Below, piece by piece: positions 11,065 through 21,389 of a stretch of DNA of 54,917 bases. Within the stretch, counting starts at the first letter, position 1. Every line of letters starts with the position of its first letter. Source of the DNA: a virus (Duplodnaviria; Caudoviricetes); IMG/VR virus record IMGVR_UViG_3300020388_000022, positions 1 to 54,917 of that record, one strand, 5' to 3'. Under the pieces are notes generated by a model. That model was not told the origin of the DNA, did no database searches, and worked only from the letters and a program-made list of their open reading frames with translations. The translations under genes and the position numbers were made by a program.

Positions 11065-12795
11065 ATGGCATTTCAAGTATCACCCGGCGTCAGAATAAAA
11101 GAGGTTGACGCCACCAATGTTGTTCCAGCTACATCGAGTTCAATCGGTGGATTTGTTGGTGCATTCAATTGGGGACCGGTTGAGAAAGTTACCCTGGTAG
11201 GTTCCGAGAACCAATTAGCAGAAACTTTTTATCAACCAGACGACAGTACAGCGAAATACTTTCTACCAGCTGCAGGATTTCTAAAATATGGAAATGCTCT
11301 AAAGGTAGTACGTGTAGTTGACAGTTCAGCAAAGAACGCTCACTCAGAGGGTGCTAGCACAAACAGTCAATCCGCAGTAACTGTAAAAAATGACGATAAT
11401 TATCTTTCACAAGTTGACGGTTTAAACGCCGCCATCAATTGGGTTGCTAAATTTCCTGGATTACTAGGAAATAGCTTAAGAGTAGAAATATGTCCAGTAT
11501 CAGGCAGTGATTCTGTATTTAACGCATGGGCTTATGCGGGTCAATTTGATTCAGCACCAGGCACAAGCGTTGATGCAAATGCTGTCAATAAAGCAGGTGA
11601 TGAAATTCACGTTGTTGTTTTAGATAAAGATGGTTTAATTACAGGAACTCGAAATACAGTTCTTGAAAGATACTCTCATGTATCACAACTATCTGACGTC
11701 AAAGACGCTTCAGGAGCATCATTACATTATAAAGATGTTATTAATAACTCATCTGATTGGATTAGATGGGCTAACCATGACAGTTCAAGCTTTACAGATG
11801 CAGGTAAAACATTAGCAGCAGGGTCAAACCAATTATCAAATGCTACAGTAGATACACATACAAGTGTATTAGTATTTGAATTCTTGGATGGCGTTGATGG
11901 TAATGCACCTACCACTGGAAATATAGCTACAGGGTATGATTTCTTCAATGACAGTAATGTCGAAGAAGTTAGCCTTCTGTTTGCATCAGCAGATGCGAAT
12001 GGAGCAATAACAATAGCCAATGATCTAATCGGAATTGCAACAGCAAGAAAAGATTGTATGGCATTTGTGTCACCACCATTAGAAGATACAATTAATAATG
12101 TATCAACACCAGTAGATAACGTATTAGCATTTGCTAATTTGTTAACAGATAGTTCATACGGCTTCTGTGATTCAGGCGCACTATATGTGTACGATAAGTA
12201 CAATGATAAATTCAGATATATAGCAGCTTCTGGACACATGGCAGGACTATGCGCAAATACTGATAATGTTGCTGATGCATGGTTTAGTCCAGCAGGATTA
12301 ACCAGAGGAGCACTCTTAGGCGTAGTAAAATTAGCACACAATCCAGATTCAACTGGAAGGGATAAACTTTATAAAGGTAGAGTAAACCCAATAGTATCAA
12401 TGCCTGGACAAGGTATTATATTATTCGGTGATAAAACACTTCTAAAAAGACCTTCTGCGTTTGATCGCGTAAATGTGAGAAGATTATTTATTGCATTAGA
12501 AAAATCAATTAGTACAGCCGCTAAAGGGCAACTATTTGAATTTAATGACGAATTCACAAGAGCACAGTTCTTAAACTTAGTAGAGCCGTTCTTACGTGAC
12601 GTAAAAGGAAGACGAGGTATCACAGACTTTAATGTGGTATGTGATGGAAGTAATAACACTTCACAAGTAATAGATAGTAACCAATTTGTAGCTGATATAT
12701 TTATCAAACCTGCAAGAAGTATTAACTTCATAACACTATCATTTATTGCTACAAGAAGTGGTGTAGAGTTCAGCGAAATCGCTGGACAAGTTTAA
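11065..12795 (+). CDS. gp18: Tail sheath protein gp18
   Basis: MAFQVSPGV, FNWGP, WFSPAGLTRG, FDRVNVRRLF, IKPARSINFITL. Confidence 0.96.
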   Translation: MAFQVSPGVRIKEVDATNVVPATSSSIGGFVGAFNWGPVEKVTLVGSENQLAETFYQPDDSTAKYFLPAAGFLKYGNALKVVRVVDSSAKNAHSEGASTNSQSAVTVKNDDNYLSQVDGLNAAINWVAKFPGLLGNSLRVEICPVSGSDSVFNAWAYAGQFDSAPGTSVDANAVNKAGDEIHVVVLDKDGLITGTRNTVLERYSHVSQLSDVKDASGASLHYKDVINNSSDWIRWANHDSSSFTDAGKTLAAGSNQLSNATVDTHTSVLVFEFLDGVDGNAPTTGNIATGYDFFNDSNVEEVSLLFASADANGAITIANDLIGIATARKDCMAFVSPPLEDTINNVSTPVDNVLAFANLLTDSSYGFCDSGALYVYDKYNDKFRYIAASGHMAGLCANTDNVADAWFSPAGLTRGALLGVVKLAHNPDSTGRDKLYKGRVNPIVSMPGQGIILFGDKTLLKRPSAFDRVNVRRLFIALEKSISTAAKGQLFEFNDEFTRAQFLNLVEPFLRDVKGRRGITDFNVVCDGSNNTSQVIDSNQFVADIFIKPARSINFITLSFIATRSGVEFSEIAGQV

Positions 12796-12806
12796 GGAGA
12801 TAAAAA

Positions 12807-13331
12807 ATGGCAATTTTAGGCGTAGACGATTTTAAATCAAAACTCGTAGGCGGTGGCGCAAGAAGTAATCTCTTTAAGGTTACATTGAACTTTCCAGCCT
12901 ATGCACAAGGAGATGTAGAATTATCATCTTTCATGTGTAAAGGATCACAGCTTCCAGCTTCAGCAGTAGCTAAATTAGAAATACCTTTCAGAGGTAGAAA
13001 TTTAGCAGTTGCAGGAGATAGAACATTTGAAGATTGGACCGTTACAATTATTAACGATACAGGATTCGAAGTTCGCGATGCGATGGAAAGGTGGATGGAT
13101 GGTATATCCGGTCATTCAGTCAATACTGGTTTAACAAATCCTTCAGATTATAAAGCTGATGGAGTAGTTGAGCAATTAGACAAAGATGGCACAGTCATAA
13201 AGAAATATGACTTTAGAGGTGTTGTACCAAACAACATAGCAGCTATAGACTTAGCTTACGACGGAACAGGTATAGAAGAATTTGCAGTAACCTTTGGTTA
13301 CGACTATTGGGAATCCAATACAACTTCTTAA
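12807..13331 (+). CDS. gp19: Tail tube protein gp19
   Basis: GGGARSNLF, PFRGR, AGDRTFEDWTVTIIND. Confidence 0.95.
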   Translation: MAILGVDDFKSKLVGGGARSNLFKVTLNFPAYAQGDVELSSFMCKGSQLPASAVAKLEIPFRGRNLAVAGDRTFEDWTVTIINDTGFEVRDAMERWMDGISGHSVNTGLTNPSDYKADGVVEQLDKDGTVIKKYDFRGVVPNNIAAIDLAYDGTGIEEFAVTFGYDYWESNTTS

Positions 13332-13336
13332 TACCT

Positions 13337-13370
13337 TATAAATATATTAGAGGGGCAGGCAAACTGCCCC
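13337..13370 (+). promoter_or_regulatory. Late promoter (TATAAATA 13337-13344) followed by GC hairpin GGGGCAG-gcaaa-CTGCCCC
   Basis: Exact consensus; perfect 7-bp stem at 13352-13370 without a U-tract. Confidence 0.75.
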
Positions 13371-13390
13371 AATAATATGAGAAATTTAAT

Positions 13391-14932
13391 ATGGCAGACG
13401 AAAAAGATTTAATACAAGAAGGTAAGAATGACGGTGTTTCTTTTTTCGGATTTGAAATCCGCAGAAAAAAGAATGACAAACCTTTAAGACCTTCATTTGT
13501 ACCAAAGACAGAAGAAGATGGCGCAGGAATAATTACAACCGGCGGACATTTTGGTGCATACTTAGACGTTGATGGTGATAAAGCTAAATCAGAAATTGAT
13601 TTAATTTTTAAATATAGAGATATTGCTACTCAACCAGAATGTGATGCAGCAGTAGAAGATATCGTAAATGAATCAATTGTAGGTGATAACGAATCAGCAC
13701 CAATTGCAATTGTTTTAGACGAATTAGAAGAATCTGATAAGATCAAAGAATCTATAAGACATGAGTTTGATGTAGTAACTAGACTACTTAACTTTAATCA
13801 ATATGCACATGATATATTCAGAAAGTGGTATGTTGATGGTAGATTACCTTATCACATTATAATAGATAAAGAACAGCCAAAGGCTGGTATAAAAGAATTA
13901 AGATATATTGACCCAACTAAACTTAGAAAAGTAAAAGAAGTTGAGGAAGATACAGACCCAGAAACAGGTGCAAAAGTTGTTAAGAAGATAGATGAGTACT
14001 TCATGTATCAAGACAATGCAATGGGTAAATACAATCAAGGGGTAAAGATATATTCAGATGCAATCGCGTATTGTACATCTGGAGTGATGGACCCACAAAG
14101 AAAAAGAATATTATCATATTTGCAAAAGGCTGTTAAACCAGTCAATCAATTGCGAATGATGGAAGACTCTCTTGTTATATACAGAATATCAAGAGCACCA
14201 GAAAGAAGAATATTTTATATTGACGTAGGTAACTTACCTAAGGGTAAAGCTGAAGAATATCTAAAGGGTATTATGAATCAATATAGAAACAAATTAGTAT
14301 ATGATGCTAAGTCTGGTGAAGTCAAAGATGATAAGAAACATATGTCTATGTTGGAAGATTTCTTCTTACCACGAAGAGAAGGTGGTAGAGGAACTGAGAT
14401 ATCAACACTAAGTGGTGGTGAGAATCTTGGACAGATAGATGATATTTTATATTTCCAAAAGAAACTGTATAAGAGTTTAAATGTACCAGTCAATAGACTA
14501 GAACAAGAAGCTCAATTTAGTTTGGGAAGATCAAGCGAAATAACCAGAGATGAAGTTAAATTTAAAAAGTTCATTGATAGGTTAAGAAAAAGATTTTCAG
14601 ATTTATTTATGCAATTACTGAAAACTCAATTATTATTGAAAGGTGTTATTGGAGCCGATGATTGGAAAACAATGAAAGAAAAAATTACTTTTGATTTCAT
14701 TGAAGATAATTACTTTTCAGAATTAAAAGAGTCAGAAATGATACGTGAAAGGTTTGAAATGTTAAATACACTAGATGAATATATTGGTACATATGTATCT
14801 AATTCATGGGTAAGAAAGCATATTCTAAGATTCAACGAAGATGATATAGAACAAATGCAGAAAGAGATCGATGCTGAGAAGAAGCAAGGCGATACCTTTG
14901 ATCCAGATCCAGATGATCCAAGATTTGGCTAG
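13391..14932 (+). CDS. gp20: Portal vertex protein gp20
   Basis: YRISRAPERRIFYIDVGNLPKGKAEEYL, EDFFLPRREGGRGTEI. Confidence 0.97.
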   Translation: MADEKDLIQEGKNDGVSFFGFEIRRKKNDKPLRPSFVPKTEEDGAGIITTGGHFGAYLDVDGDKAKSEIDLIFKYRDIATQPECDAAVEDIVNESIVGDNESAPIAIVLDELEESDKIKESIRHEFDVVTRLLNFNQYAHDIFRKWYVDGRLPYHIIIDKEQPKAGIKELRYIDPTKLRKVKEVEEDTDPETGAKVVKKIDEYFMYQDNAMGKYNQGVKIYSDAIAYCTSGVMDPQRKRILSYLQKAVKPVNQLRMMEDSLVIYRISRAPERRIFYIDVGNLPKGKAEEYLKGIMNQYRNKLVYDAKSGEVKDDKKHMSMLEDFFLPRREGGRGTEISTLSGGENLGQIDDILYFQKKLYKSLNVPVNRLEQEAQFSLGRSSEITRDEVKFKKFIDRLRKRFSDLFMQLLKTQLLLKGVIGADDWKTMKEKITFDFIEDNYFSELKESEMIRERFEMLNTLDEYIGTYVSNSWVRKHILRFNEDDIEQMQKEIDAEKKQGDTFDPDPDDPRFG

Positions 14933-14948
14933 TTGAATAATAAAATTT

Positions 14949-14956
14949 TATAAATA
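14949..14956 (+). promoter_or_regulatory. T4-type late promoter
   Basis: TATAAATA upstream of prohead core genes. Confidence 0.8.
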
Positions 14957-14973
14957 ATAAGTAAGGAAAAATA

Positions 14974-15135
14974 ATGAGTATAGAAAATTTAGTAGATAAT
15001 CTAAAAAATGGTGATAACATCGAAGCTAAAAAGAATTTTGATTCTGCAATAGCTTCTAAATTAACCGATGCTTTAGATGCTAAGAAGATTGAATTAGCAG
15101 CCAATATGGCTAAAAGCAATAAAGAAACAGAGTAA
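14974..15135 (+). CDS. Small prohead core protein (gp67-like), 53 aa, not in ORF track
   Basis: MSIENLVDNLKNGDNIEAKKNFDSAIASKLTDALDAKKIELA...; AAGGA RBS; lies between gp20 and gp21; TAATG coupling to gp21. Confidence 0.75.
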   Translation: MSIENLVDNLKNGDNIEAKKNFDSAIASKLTDALDAKKIELAANMAKSNKETE

Positions 15136-15794
15136 TGAAACTAATTACAGAACACATAGATCAAGAGTTAGAAATAATTTGCGAAGCCAAGAAATCTGGC
15201 GAGAAAGATTACTTCATAGAAGGAGTCTTTATGCAAGCTAACCAAAAAAATAAAAATGGTCGTATATATGATAAAGAGGTGCTTGAAGCAGCTGTTAACA
15301 AATATGTGACCGAACAAGTTAAAACTGGGAGAGCCGTTGGAGAATTAAACCATCCAGATGGACCAACTGTAAACCTAGATAAAGTTTCGCACAAGATCAA
15401 TTCTCTACAATTTAGAGGAAATGATGTTGTAGGAAAAGCATCAATACTTAAAACCCCTATGGGTAAGATCGTTGAAGGTCTACTCGAAGGTGGAGTTAAG
15501 CTTGGTGTATCAAGTCGTGGTATGGGAAGTCTTGTTCAAAAGAATGGTACCCAACATGTAGGTAACGATTTTATGTTAGCTACTGTTGATATCGTCCAAG
15601 ACCCAAGTGCACCTTCAGCCTTTGTTAATGGAATTATGGAAGGAGTAGAATGGGTATGGGACAATGGAATCATTAAGCAGCAAGATATTGAATTAATTGA
15701 GACTGAAATAAAAAGCGCTACAAGCAAAAATCTACCTGAGGTAGAAATTAGAGCCTTTAAGAATTTCCTCTCTAAAATAAACTCTCAAAGATAG
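15135..15794 (+). CDS. gp21: Prohead protease gp21
   Basis: NKNGRIY, GELNHP, LGVSSRGMGSL, DIVQDPSAPSAFV. Confidence 0.96.
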   Translation: MKLITEHIDQELEIICEAKKSGEKDYFIEGVFMQANQKNKNGRIYDKEVLEAAVNKYVTEQVKTGRAVGELNHPDGPTVNLDKVSHKINSLQFRGNDVVGKASILKTPMGKIVEGLLEGGVKLGVSSRGMGSLVQKNGTQHVGNDFMLATVDIVQDPSAPSAFVNGIMEGVEWVWDNGIIKQQDIELIETEIKSATSKNLPEVEIRAFKNFLSKINSQR

Positions 15795-15805
15795 GAGAAT
15801 AAAAA

Positions 15806-16966
15806 ATGTCAGAAGATGTTAAAAATCTAGTAGACAGTGCAGCAGATGCAGTAGAAGTCCAAGAAGAGAGTCAGGAAGAAATCGTAGATAATGAAAATTT
15901 GAACGAGGAAGCTGACGAAGCTCTAGACGAAGCCGCAGCCAAGAAAGAAATGCATGACGAAGAAGAGGAAGAAGAAGAGGAAGTGAAAGAAGAAGCTCCT
16001 CAAGTCAATATTCCGAAAACTAAAGCAGGCACAATTCAGGCAGCTGTTGAAATGTTAAAGAAAGCTAGAAAAGAAGACGCACAAAAGCTATTCGCAAAAA
16101 TGGTAAAAGTGGACGAAACATCCGAGGAAGATTCTGTCAAATCAGTTGATGATGCTATGAAAAAAGTCAAGCCAGTTAAAGCACCTGGTACAAAAGGTGT
16201 AGATAACAAGCATGGCGAAGTCGTTAAGGCTAAAGTAGAATCAGTAGATTTTGACGAAGATTTAGATGCATTGATAAAAGAAGAAGCAACGCTATCCGAT
16301 AATTTTAAAGGAAAAGCAGGAGCTATTTTTGAAGCAGTGTTAACATCTAAATTAACTCAGGAAGTTGATAGATTAGAAAACGAATATGCTAGTAATTTAG
16401 AAGAGGAAGTATCTGATATGACTAAAGACATCGTAGAGAAAGTAGATGGTTACTTGAACTATGTTGTTGAACAATGGATGTCAGAAAATGAAGTAACAGT
16501 AAGTGCAGGGCTTAGAACTGAAATTGCTGAAGACTTTATGACTTCACTTCAAAGAGTGTTCACTGAACACTATATAGAAGTTCCAGAAAGTAAAGTAGAC
16601 TTAGTTGATGAACTCAACGAACAGGTTACTGAACTAGAGGAAAATCTTAACAAATCAACACAGGATAATATTGACCTACATTCAAAAGTTCAAGATTTTG
16701 AAAAAATTGAAGTAGTAAGAGAACATTCTGTAGGGCTTGTAGATACAGACGCTGAGAAATTAGCATCATTAGTCGAAGATATAGAATTCGATAATAGAGA
16801 TAACTTTGAAATGAAAGTTAAAACTGTTAAAGAATCTTACTTCAAAGATGGTGTTGAGGTTGAAGCTGATGAAGCAGACAGTCTTTTAGGAGAAGGAACA
16901 GTCGATATAGACGTTTCTGATACTATGACCGCCTACACTCAAGCAATAACAAAATATACAAAATAA
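15806..16966 (+). CDS. gp22: Prohead scaffold protein gp22
   Basis: Acidic coiled coil, IFEAVL, VDGYLNYVVEQW, F.EHYIEVPESKVD. Confidence 0.93.
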   Translation: MSEDVKNLVDSAADAVEVQEESQEEIVDNENLNEEADEALDEAAAKKEMHDEEEEEEEEVKEEAPQVNIPKTKAGTIQAAVEMLKKARKEDAQKLFAKMVKVDETSEEDSVKSVDDAMKKVKPVKAPGTKGVDNKHGEVVKAKVESVDFDEDLDALIKEEATLSDNFKGKAGAIFEAVLTSKLTQEVDRLENEYASNLEEEVSDMTKDIVEKVDGYLNYVVEQWMSENEVTVSAGLRTEIAEDFMTSLQRVFTEHYIEVPESKVDLVDELNEQVTELEENLNKSTQDNIDLHSKVQDFEKIEVVREHSVGLVDTDAEKLASLVEDIEFDNRDNFEMKVKTVKESYFKDGVEVEADEADSLLGEGTVDIDVSDTMTAYTQAITKYTK

Positions 16967-16989
16967 ACATATTATAGGAGAATATAAAA

Positions 16990-18318
16990 ATGTTTAATGC
17001 AGACGCAAATTTAATGGAAAAATGGGGTCCAGTTTTAGAGCACGACAGTGCACCTGAAATTACGGATCGTTATAGAAAAGCTGTTACAGCTAGACTATTA
17101 GAAAACCAGGAAATTGCTTTACGTGAAGAAAGAGCTCAAGCACAAGGAAATTTTATTTCTGAAGCAGCAGCAGCTAACAAAACAGGATCTGGAGTTGCAA
17201 ACTTCGACCCGGTTTTAATTTCTTTAGTACGAAGAGCAATGCCTAACTTAATTGCTTATGATATCGCTGGCGTTCAGCCAATGAGTGGTCCAACAGGACT
17301 TATCTTTGCAATGAAATCAAGATACTCCACACAAGGTGGAGCAGAAGCTCTATTCGCAGAAGCTGATACAGACTTCTCAGGAACAGGTACTCACCAAGCA
17401 GACCCAACAGGTCTAGTAGGCGTAGCTGATTCTGGAGATGCTGGCGTAGATATTTCTGATGAAGCAGACACAGTATCAACATTCGGTAGTGGTATAGCCA
17501 CAGCTGATGCTGAAAGATTAGGAGTCGGTGAATCCGGTGACGGTTCTTTCGGTGAGATGGCTTTCTCAATCGAGAAGTCAACTGTTACTGCTAAGTCAAG
17601 AGCTCTAAAAGCTGAGTACACAATGGAATTAGCTCAAGACCTTAAAGCAATCCACGGGTTGGATGCTGAAGGTGAATTGGCTAACATTCTATCTGCTGAA
17701 ATCCTCGCGGAGATCAATAGAGAAGTTGTTAGAACAATTTTAACAAAAGCTATCATTGGTGCTAAACAATCTAACTTAGCACTTAAAGGTGTATTTGACT
17801 TACAAACAGATTCAGACGGAAGATGGATGGTTGAGAAGTTTAAAGGATTAATCATGCAGATCGAAAGAGAAGCAAACGAAATCGCTAAAGGAACAAGAAG
17901 AGGTAAAGGTAACTTTATCCTATGTTCTAGTGATATCGCTTCTGCTCTAGCAGCTGCTGGTCTTTTAGATTATACACCAGCTCTTTCAGTAAGTCTGAAT
18001 GTTGATGACACAGGTAATACATTTGCTGGTGTTCTTAACGGTAGAGTTAAAGTATATATTGACCCATATGCAGCAGGAGACTTTGTATGTGTAGGTTATA
18101 GAGGGGCTAACCCTTACGACGCAGGTATGTTCTATTGTCCTTACGTTCCTTTAACAATGGTTAAAGCGGTAGGTGAGAATGATTTCCAACCAAGAATCGG
18201 TTTTAAAACTAGATATGGTATGGTAGCAAACCCATTCGTAGCGGCAGACGGCGTTGGTACTAACCGTGCTAATCCGTACTTCAGAATCTTCAGAGTTGAC
18301 GATATGATGAAATCATAA
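16990..18318 (+). CDS. gp23: Major capsid protein gp23
   Basis: LVRRAMPNLIAYDIAGVQPMSGPTGLIFAM, ELAQDLKAIHGLDAE, FYCPYVPL, FKTRYG; ISE/A maturation site. Confidence 0.98.
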   Translation: MFNADANLMEKWGPVLEHDSAPEITDRYRKAVTARLLENQEIALREERAQAQGNFISEAAAANKTGSGVANFDPVLISLVRRAMPNLIAYDIAGVQPMSGPTGLIFAMKSRYSTQGGAEALFAEADTDFSGTGTHQADPTGLVGVADSGDAGVDISDEADTVSTFGSGIATADAERLGVGESGDGSFGEMAFSIEKSTVTAKSRALKAEYTMELAQDLKAIHGLDAEGELANILSAEILAEINREVVRTILTKAIIGAKQSNLALKGVFDLQTDSDGRWMVEKFKGLIMQIEREANEIAKGTRRGKGNFILCSSDIASALAAAGLLDYTPALSVSLNVDDTGNTFAGVLNGRVKVYIDPYAAGDFVCVGYRGANPYDAGMFYCPYVPLTMVKAVGENDFQPRIGFKTRYGMVANPFVAADGVGTNRANPYFRIFRVDDMMKS

Positions 18319-18339
18319 GTCTAACTTTAGATTTATTTT

Positions 18340-18369
18340 AAGGGGAGCTTCGGTTCCCCTTTCTTTTTT
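18340..18369 (+). terminator. Rho-independent terminator after gp23
   Basis: AGGGGAGC-TTCG-GTTCCCCT followed by a T-rich tract. Confidence 0.9.
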
Positions 18370-18370
18370 G

Positions 18371-18378
18371 TATAAATA
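18371..18378 (+). promoter_or_regulatory. Late promoter for gp3
   Basis: TATAAATA ending 5 nt before ATG 18384. Confidence 0.8.
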
Positions 18379-18383
18379 TAGAT

Positions 18384-18851
18384 ATGGCTACATTAACTAC
18401 AAACAAAAACTTTTTAAGCCCAGTAGGGTTTTCATTTAAAATTAATAGTGATACTTATCCAAACCTAGAATACTTTTGTGTAAGTGCAAATTTACCAGAC
18501 GTTAGTTTAAACGTTAACGAACAACCTTTTAGAGGAACAACTGTAAAATACACTGGTGAAACATTAGGGTTCGGTGATCTATCTATTAGAGTGAATCTTT
18601 TAGAAGATTTAGAAAATTATATTGAGACATTTAATTGGATGCATAATATAATCAATAATGATTCTGCAGAAGGATTCCAAGAAGATGGTACATTATTAAT
18701 ATTAAATTCACACAACAACGTTGCAAAAGAAGTTCACTTTAAAGGATTGTTTCCAACCTCATTAGGTGGTATAACATTTGATGCTCAAGGTGACTTTCAA
18801 TACGCATCGTCAGATATAACATTTGCTTATACATCATTTGAATTTAAATAA
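18384..18851 (+). CDS. gp3: Tail tube terminator/completion protein gp3
   Basis: NKNFLSPVGF, YFCVSANLP, F..LFPTSL; follows gp23 as in marine T4-likes. Confidence 0.88.
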   Translation: MATLTTNKNFLSPVGFSFKINSDTYPNLEYFCVSANLPDVSLNVNEQPFRGTTVKYTGETLGFGDLSIRVNLLEDLENYIETFNWMHNIINNDSAEGFQEDGTLLILNSHNNVAKEVHFKGLFPTSLGGITFDAQGDFQYASSDITFAYTSFEFK

Positions 18852-18883
18852 CAGTTTACTTTTTACTAAAACTGTGTTATAAT
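18852..18883 (+). promoter_or_regulatory. Early/middle sigma70-type promoter for uvsY
   Basis: GTTTACT-17 nt-TATAAT with TGTG extended -10. Confidence 0.8.
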
Positions 18884-18890
18884 ATATACT

Positions 18891-19337
18891 ATGAATAATT
18901 TACAAACAATACTAGATATGTGGAAGAAAGATTCCATTATAGACGAAATGGCACTCGATGAGTCATCAAGGGACTCTGCCAAACTTCACGGTAAGTACTT
19001 AGAGATATATTCAGTTAATAAGTTGAGGCTGAAAAAGCAAGAAGCTGAATTTAGGGTACTACTTAAAGACAAATGGTTGCATTATAATGGCAAGATGTCG
19101 AAAGAAGATATAGACGAAAAAGGCTGGGATTACAATCCACTTGGTGGCCTGACTGTATTAAAAGGTGATATGGATTATTACTATGATTCAGACCCTATCA
19201 TTCAAGAAGCAAAGGCTAAAATAGAATATACTGAAGAGATATGTAGCGTTCTAAAAGAGATATTAGAAAATGTTAAATGGAGACATCAGAATATTAAGAA
19301 CATAATCGAGTGGAGAAAGTTTACTAGCGGAATCTAA
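18891..19337 (+). CDS. uvsY: Recombination mediator UvsY
   Basis: WKKDSIID, LHGKYL, IKNIIEWRKF; precedes uvsW. Confidence 0.92.
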   Translation: MNNLQTILDMWKKDSIIDEMALDESSRDSAKLHGKYLEIYSVNKLRLKKQEAEFRVLLKDKWLHYNGKMSKEDIDEKGWDYNPLGGLTVLKGDMDYYYDSDPIIQEAKAKIEYTEEICSVLKEILENVKWRHQNIKNIIEWRKFTSGI

Positions 19338-20848
19338 TGGAAACATTGGTTATAAAAAAGCTTAATGAAGCGTTCATGCATATCAAATGCGAACCAAGTG
19401 TTGAGCGAGAATTATCAGAACATTTCTGTTTCTTTGTACCAGGATATAAGTTTATGCCTGCGTATAGAAATCGTATGTGGGATGGTAAGATAAGATTATA
19501 TGACCAAAGAAAGAAAACACTATATACAGGTTTATTTAAATATCTTAAAGAATTTTGTGAATTAAGAAACTATACTATTGTTCCAAAGATCAGTGAAAGA
19601 TATGGTGCAATAGATCAAACAGAAAATCACGATATAGATTCTTATTTAGAAGAGGTTGATCTTACAGCAGGTGGTAAAAAGATTATACCTAGAGATTATC
19701 AGATAGATGCTTTAAAGAAAGCAATGACTGATACTAAATCATTATTATTATCACCAACAGCATCAGGTAAAAGTTTAATTATATATCTTGCAATAAGATA
19801 TTTCCTAGAGTTTTATAGTCAAAAAATATTAATCTTAGTACCAACCACATCTTTAGTTGAACAAATGTATTCAGACTTTGGAGATTATTCTAGTACAGAT
19901 GGTTGGAATGTAGATGAACATTGTCATAAGATATACTCAGGTCGTGAAAAGTTTGATATTAACCAAAGAGTTATTATTAGTACATGGCAATCAGTTTATA
20001 AATTACCACAACAATGGTTTGCAGGTTTCGGTATGATAGTTGGAGACGAGGCCCATAATTTTAAAGCAAAATCACTTACAGCTATAATGGAGAAATGTAC
20101 TGAGGCTCAATATAGAATAGGAACAACTGGTACATTAGATGGTACACAAACTCATCAGTTAGTATTAGAAGGTTTATTTGGTCCAGTATATCAGGTAACC
20201 ACAACAAAGAAACTAATGGATAGTAATGATCTATCACAATTAAAAATTAAAATATGTTTATTAAAATATAAAGATGAAATATGTAAGATGATGAGTGGAC
20301 AAAAGTATCAAGACGAGATAGATTTCATTGTGAAATATCCAGATAGAAATAACTTTATTACTCAATTAGCATTAGAAACATGTCGAGAAGGTAATACATT
20401 AATTCTCTTTCAGTACGTTGAGAAGCACGGTAAGCCCCTACATGCCCTTTTAAATGAAAAGATGAATGTTACTAAGGGTAAAAGACAGTTATTTTACGTT
20501 TCTGGCGAGACAGATGTTGATACTCGTGAGCAAATAAGAGCCATTACAGAGAAAGAAGATGATGCCATAATCGTTGCCAGTATGGGCACTTTCAGCACAG
20601 GTATCAATATAAAGAGGCTACATAATATCATATTTGCTTCACCCTCTAAAAGTCAGATCCGTGTACTACAATCTATTGGTCGAGGATTAAGAAAGTCAAA
20701 TGATGGTCTAGACACAAATGTATATGATATAGCAGATGATCTACATTGGAAGGCCAGAAAAAATTACACACTACAGCACGCAGCTGAAAGAATTAAAATA
20801 TACAGTAAAGAGAAATTTAACTACAAGTTGTTTGATTATATGTTATAA
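19337..20848 (+). CDS. uvsW: SF2 DNA helicase UvsW
   Basis: WDGKIRL, PRDYQ, SPTASGKS, DEAH, LQSIGRGLR. Confidence 0.96.
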   Translation: METLVIKKLNEAFMHIKCEPSVERELSEHFCFFVPGYKFMPAYRNRMWDGKIRLYDQRKKTLYTGLFKYLKEFCELRNYTIVPKISERYGAIDQTENHDIDSYLEEVDLTAGGKKIIPRDYQIDALKKAMTDTKSLLLSPTASGKSLIIYLAIRYFLEFYSQKILILVPTTSLVEQMYSDFGDYSSTDGWNVDEHCHKIYSGREKFDINQRVIISTWQSVYKLPQQWFAGFGMIVGDEAHNFKAKSLTAIMEKCTEAQYRIGTTGTLDGTQTHQLVLEGLFGPVYQVTTTKKLMDSNDLSQLKIKICLLKYKDEICKMMSGQKYQDEIDFIVKYPDRNNFITQLALETCREGNTLILFQYVEKHGKPLHALLNEKMNVTKGKRQLFYVSGETDVDTREQIRAITEKEDDAIIVASMGTFSTGINIKRLHNIIFASPSKSQIRVLQSIGRGLRKSNDGLDTNVYDIADDLHWKARKNYTLQHAAERIKIYSKEKFNYKLFDYML

Positions 20849-20856
20849 ATAATAAT

Positions 20857-21252
20857 ATGGAAGATAGTAAAGTTAATATAAGACATTTCAAACTAACTAA
20901 TGGAGAAGAAATAATAGCTCTTGTTCAAAGAAATTTAGATGGAGCTTGGTTATTAGAAAGACCAGTATGTATTAACAATGCTATGTTAGGTGGATATTCA
21001 TTCGCACCTTGGTTTCCATTCTCAAGTGCTAAAACATTTAAGATAATGAAAAATCATGTTCTACAACACGTACCAATTGCAGATAAAGTGCAAGACACAT
21101 ATATTAAGTTTGTATTAAATCAACCAGAGGTTGCTACGCCGACTAATAAAAGTGATGAAGAACTACTAAGTGAATATGAACAACGATTAACTGATAAGTA
21201 CGCTGAAGAAGGTGTACCACTAGATGATAAGAAAGAAAAGACGATACATTAA
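20857..21252 (+). CDS. Conserved T4-like hypothetical protein (small beta-barrel)
   Basis: FKLTNGEEIIA and PWFPFS; late promoter TATAAATA at 20844-20851; resembles ORF 35810. Confidence 0.7.
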   Translation: MEDSKVNIRHFKLTNGEEIIALVQRNLDGAWLLERPVCINNAMLGGYSFAPWFPFSSAKTFKIMKNHVLQHVPIADKVQDTYIKFVLNQPEVATPTNKSDEELLSEYEQRLTDKYAEEGVPLDDKKEKTIH

Positions 21253-21286
21253 TTTTATATCTTCTCTCACCCCAGGTGACTTTATT

Positions 21287-21322
21287 ATTATATCACATAA
21301 ATCGTGATTTGTAAACGGTTTT
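21287..21322 (-). promoter_or_regulatory. Antisense early-type promoter
   Basis: Minus strand reads AAAACCGTTTACA-17 nt-TATAAT with TGTG extension (-35 at 21315-21310, -10 at 21292-21287). Confidence 0.65.
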
Positions 21323-21337
21323 TTTTAAATATTTCTA

Positions 21338-21366
21338 TTTACATTTACTAAAAACTGTGTTATAAT
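21338..21366 (+). promoter_or_regulatory. Early/middle promoter for gp55
   Basis: TTTACA-17 nt-TATAAT with TGTG extension. Confidence 0.8.
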
Positions 21367-21389
21367 ATAGATTACTATGGAGAAGATAA

